A stretch of 39,305 bases of DNA, taken from the IMG/VR virus record IMGVR_UViG_3300022179_000767, positions 1-39,305 of that record; one strand, written 5' to 3'. This stretch comes from a virus. Lineage: Duplodnaviria; Caudoviricetes. The notes under the pieces were generated by a model, which was given only the letters and a program-made list of their open reading frames with translations, was not told the DNA's origin and did not search any database. Made by a program: the position numbers and the translations under genes. Below are positions 36,305 through 39,305 of the stretch, in pieces; position 1 is the stretch's first letter, and each line of letters opens with the position of its first letter.

Positions 36305-36760
36305 ATGGGCGCTACTACGTTTACTGGTCCCGTTCGGGCCGGTAACATCCTGAACACGAGCGGCACCACCCTCGGCACTGACGTTGCAAACGTCGGCTAT
36401 GTGGTGATGGCTCAGTCTTCGGCTGTTACTCAGGCTGCGACCACGACCTCGATTGTCATCCCCGCTAACAGCCAGATCCTCTCCATCGACATCATGGTTA
36501 CGACCGCTTGGACGGGCGCCGCCACGACGTTCGGCGTGGGGACGACTGCTTCCGCTACGTTCCTGACTGCCGCTGGCGCGCTTGATGGCGCTGCTATCGG
36601 CCCGCTTGCGGCCACACCGGGCACCGACGCTACCCGCGCCGGCAACTGGAATGATGTCGGCACGACGGATCGTAAGATTGCTGTCACTTCCACGAATACC
36701 GGCTCTGGCGTCGGTGTCATCACTGTCACCTACGTTCAGGCCCGCAACCTGACTGCGTAA
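36305..36760 (+). CDS. Structural protein (Thr/Ala-rich, head decoration/fibre-like)
   Basis: MG.TTFTGPV.AG start, aggagg RBS. Confidence 0.7.
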   Translation: MGATTFTGPVRAGNILNTSGTTLGTDVANVGYVVMAQSSAVTQAATTTSIVIPANSQILSIDIMVTTAWTGAATTFGVGTTASATFLTAAGALDGAAIGPLAATPGTDATRAGNWNDVGTTDRKIAVTSTNTGSGVGVITVTYVQARNLTA

Positions 36761-36781
36761 TCTGGCCATTAGGAGGCTAAC

Positions 36782-37054
36782 ATGAAGGGTCGTAAAACTC
36801 GTTCCACTGGCGGTTTTAACGCTGCCGCCGAGGACCTCGCCACGCGGAACATGGAGTACACGAAGGACTCCAACGTGAACCGCGCCGCCGTTCAGCGCAA
36901 GGCTGGCGGCATGGTCGAAGGCAAGAAGGCCAAGATGCACGCCGGCCGTAAGCCGCGTAACTCTGGCGGCCGTCTGAAGCTTGCTGATTGGTCTGCGGCC
37001 CAGAAGGGCACCCCCGCCAAGGGCCGCAAGACTGATGGCAGCCTCGACGCCTGA
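36782..37054 (+). CDS. Small basic protein with xxGG motifs
   Basis: Shares HAGRKPR.SGG with the 30875 protein. Confidence 0.7.
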   Translation: MKGRKTRSTGGFNAAAEDLATRNMEYTKDSNVNRAAVQRKAGGMVEGKKAKMHAGRKPRNSGGRLKLADWSAAQKGTPAKGRKTDGSLDA

Positions 37055-37060
37055 CTAAAG

Positions 37061-37086
37061 CGGGGGCCTTTGGCCCCCGTCCTTTC
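37061..37086 (+). terminator. Probable intrinsic terminator
   Basis: cgggggcc-ttt-ggcccccg then tcctttc. Confidence 0.55.
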
Positions 37087-37097
37087 TGGAGGTTAAA

Positions 37098-37367
37098 ATG
37101 GCGCGTAGTCCTGCTTGGCAGCGTTCTGAAGGAAAGAACCCTGAAGGTGGCCTTAACGCCAAGGGGCGCGCTTCTGCGAAAGCAGAAGGGCATAACTTGA
37201 AACCTCCTGTATCTCGCGAACAGGCTCAGAAATCTGAGATGTCTGCCGCGCGCCGTCGAAGCTTTTGCGCCCGTATGGAGGGCATGAAGAAGCATCTGAC
37301 TGGCGCTAAGACATCTTCAGACCCGAATAGCCGCATCAATAAATCTCTGAGAAAATGGGATTGTTGA
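37098..37367 (+). CDS. DUF6321-like small basic phage protein
   Basis: GKNPEGGLNAKGRAS...RRRSFCARM.GMK...DPNSRINKSLRKW.C. Confidence 0.75.
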   Translation: MARSPAWQRSEGKNPEGGLNAKGRASAKAEGHNLKPPVSREQAQKSEMSAARRRSFCARMEGMKKHLTGAKTSSDPNSRINKSLRKWDC

Positions 37368-37368
37368 T

Positions 37369-37767
37369 ATGGCGTCAAAGCCGCAGAATTCAGGACTTTG
37401 GGGGCGCGCCAAAGCTGCGGCGAGAGCGAAATTCGACGTTTACCCATCTGCATATGCGAATGCTTGGGCCTCTAAGTGGTACAAGCAGCATGGCGGTAGA
37501 TGGTCTGGCGATGACAATCGGGTAAACAAAGCGTCTGGCGGCGGCCTTGGAAAATGGTTTTCTGAGGATTGGCGCGACGTAAAGACCGGAGAAAAGTGTG
37601 GTAGGGTTCTGGGTGAGAAGAGCAAACGCCCTTATCCAGCCTGCCGGCCAGCGTCTGCGGCGAGTAAGATGACGAGCTCCCAAAAAGAGACGATGGCTAA
37701 GAAAAAAACTGGCCCTGCCAGAAAAACGTGGCCTGTTTCTCCCTCTGGGAGCGAAAAGGAAGACTGA
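37369..37767 (+). CDS. DUF5872-like basic phage protein
   Basis: KFDVYPSAYAN....K.YK..GG; GL.KWF.E.W.DV...CGR.....YPACRP. Confidence 0.7.
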   Translation: MASKPQNSGLWGRAKAAARAKFDVYPSAYANAWASKWYKQHGGRWSGDDNRVNKASGGGLGKWFSEDWRDVKTGEKCGRVLGEKSKRPYPACRPASAASKMTSSQKETMAKKKTGPARKTWPVSPSGSEKED

Positions 37768-37768
37768 C

Positions 37769-38116
37769 ATGCAGCCGATTACCGTTTCTACAACTGACGC
37801 ATCTGGCGGCACCACTTACAGCCGCAAGGTTCGCATGGATAGCTGGGCTAACGCTCAGTCGGTTGTTCAGGTCAAAGTTTCTGGATCGGCGACCTATACG
37901 GTTGAAACGTCGATGGACGACCCGTACAGCCCAACAAATCCTGTCGCTGAAGGGAGCATGGTTTGGAACGATGCTCTTGATGCGAACTTGGTTGATGAGA
38001 CATCTGCCAAGAGCGGCGTTTTTAATGTCACGCCGACTTATGTGCGTCTGAAGCAGACGGCCGGTGACGGCTCTGCGACCATGACCATTGCTCAGTTCAG
38101 CAACGCTCCGTACTAA
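37769..38116 (+). CDS. Hypothetical structural protein
   Basis: Beta-rich 115 aa ORF in the structural operon. Confidence 0.65.
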   Translation: MQPITVSTTDASGGTTYSRKVRMDSWANAQSVVQVKVSGSATYTVETSMDDPYSPTNPVAEGSMVWNDALDANLVDETSAKSGVFNVTPTYVRLKQTAGDGSATMTIAQFSNAPY

Positions 38117-38125
38117 GGCAGTTCA

Positions 38126-38818
38126 ATGGCGACGAGCGGCACATATACGTTCAACCCGTCGCTCGGCGAGCTGGTTCTGTACGCCTATAACCTTATAGGC
38201 GTCAGGAACACGGCTATTATGCAGGAGCATCTTGAGGCCGCTCGAATGGCTTCAAACATGCTGCTTTCTAATTGGAGCAATAGAGGCGTTAATCTTTGGG
38301 CCGTCGATCTAGTCACTGAACCGCTTGTCCAAGGTCAGGCGACGTATGATGTCGATGCCAATACTGTTGTGATGCTCGATGCCTACGTCACCATTGATAA
38401 TGGCGTCGATCAGCCTATTGACCGCATCATCTTGCCAATCAGCCGCTCGGAATACGCTTCCTACCCTAATAAGGAGACGGAAGGTTTTACGACGACGTTT
38501 TGGTTTGATCGTCTGCTTTCGCCGACTGTAACCCTGTGGCCGGTCCCTGATGGGACAAGCGCTCAGTACCTGAAATATTATCGTGTAAAGCAGCTCCAAG
38601 ACGCAACGCTTCAGAGCGGCACGCAGGTCGAGATCCCGTATCTTTGGATGGACGCTTTTTCTTACGCGCTTGCGTTGCGTCTATCGCAAATCTGGAACCC
38701 GCAATTTATCCAGATTTTGAAGCCCTTAGCCGACGAAGCGTATCAAATTGCCGCCGATCAGAACATTGAAACGGCGCAGCAATACATCTCGCCAGTCATT
38801 AGCGGCTATTTCCGATAG
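38126..38818 (+). CDS. Head-tail adaptor / tail tubular protein A-like
   Basis: MATSGT..F, W.NRG.NLW, ISRSEY..YPNK, LWPVPD; position after the head genes. Confidence 0.75.
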   Translation: MATSGTYTFNPSLGELVLYAYNLIGVRNTAIMQEHLEAARMASNMLLSNWSNRGVNLWAVDLVTEPLVQGQATYDVDANTVVMLDAYVTIDNGVDQPIDRIILPISRSEYASYPNKETEGFTTTFWFDRLLSPTVTLWPVPDGTSAQYLKYYRVKQLQDATLQSGTQVEIPYLWMDAFSYALALRLSQIWNPQFIQILKPLADEAYQIAADQNIETAQQYISPVISGYFR

Positions 38819-38827
38819 GGGGGCATC

Positions 38828-39305
38828 ATGGCGTATGCATCCCAAGCCGGAAGAGCAAGAACAAGCGCTACAAACCCTCAAGCGCATGCAATTTGCGACC
38901 GTTGTGGCTTTCGCTACAACCACGTCAATCTGCGCTGGCAGTACGATTGGCGCGGCGCTTCGTTGATGAACATAAAGCTGCTTGTTTGCGATACTTGCTA
39001 TGACGAGCCGCAGCAACAGCTCCGTGCGATTGTGATCCCCGCAGATCCGATCCCGATTATGAACCCGCGCATCCAAGATTTCGTCACGGCGGAAACCAAC
39101 ACCAGAGCTATATCTGGTCAGAATACGGTTGATCCGACGACAAACATCCCTGTTGTTAATGGCGATACGCGCGTTACGCAGGATGATAAGGTTCGCGTGA
39201 CGCAGCAAACCGGCGAGCCTCCGGGCGGACTTAACGAAGAACCCGGCACGAGTCCCACTGTACCGGCGAGCATTGGTGGCAATGACCCCGGCTTGCCGTA
39301 TATTT
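38828..39305 (+). CDS. CxxC-containing structural-region protein, truncated at the window end
   Basis: Manual translation MAYASQAGRARTSATNPQAHAICDRCGFRY...LLVCDTCYDEPQQQL...; no stop before the end. Confidence 0.75.
   Translation, partial: MAYASQAGRARTSATNPQAHAICDRCGFRYNHVNLRWQYDWRGASLMNIKLLVCDTCYDEPQQQLRAIVIPADPIPIMNPRIQDFVTAETNTRAISGQNTVDPTTNIPVVNGDTRVTQDDKVRVTQQTGEPPGGLNEEPGTSPTVPASIGGNDPGLPYI

Larger units (their letters stand above)
1..39305. mobile_element. Tailed dsDNA phage genome segment (podovirus-like), likely alphaproteobacterial host
   Basis: TerS/TerL, portal, major capsid, ejection proteins, primase-helicase and RuvC-like genes, with no host housekeeping genes; GcrA-like and GapR-like genes point to Alphaproteobacteria. 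Confidence 0.95.

Noticed and set aside
1-39305. Integrase/att sites, tRNA genes, reverse transcriptase/DGR, DNA polymerase
   Set aside because: No recognisable motifs found; they may lie outside the window, so lifestyle cannot be called

Overview
The whole window reads as most of a tailed (podovirus-like) dsDNA phage genome, probably circularly permuted and probably infecting an alphaproteobacterium (it carries GcrA-like and GapR-like genes). Order: virion ejection/tail genes (1-6137, +); a leftward early operon (6121-11926: GcrA-like, secreted transglycosylase, DUF6378, GapR-like, SSB-like, PD-(D/E)XK nuclease); a divergent promoter/operator switch (~11930-12030); a rightward replication operon (HTH, RuvC-like, primase-polymerase/helicase, 2OG-Fe(II) oxygenase, iteron-rich origin candidate); a leftward cluster with ArdC; then terminases, portal, a large polyvalent protein, GroES-like, scaffold, major capsid and head-tail genes. 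No integrase, tRNA or canonical CRISPR array was seen. The standout is at 8147-9728 (minus strand): a stand-alone Cas7/RAMP-like gene, a coupled conserved accessory gene, and directly downstream a ~500-nt non-coding array of GGC-NN pentamers cut into 10 units (4+5n nt) by (G/C)GCAGGC delimiters. The variable dinucleotides read like codon positions 1-2 with the wobble base skipped, and unit 1 spells V-I-Y-A-R-Y-S-S, the serine-recombinase catalytic motif. This suggests a minimal phage-encoded RNA-guided system with a gapped targeting code. All family calls are from motif recognition by eye, not database searches; several start codons were reassigned relative to the ORF track.
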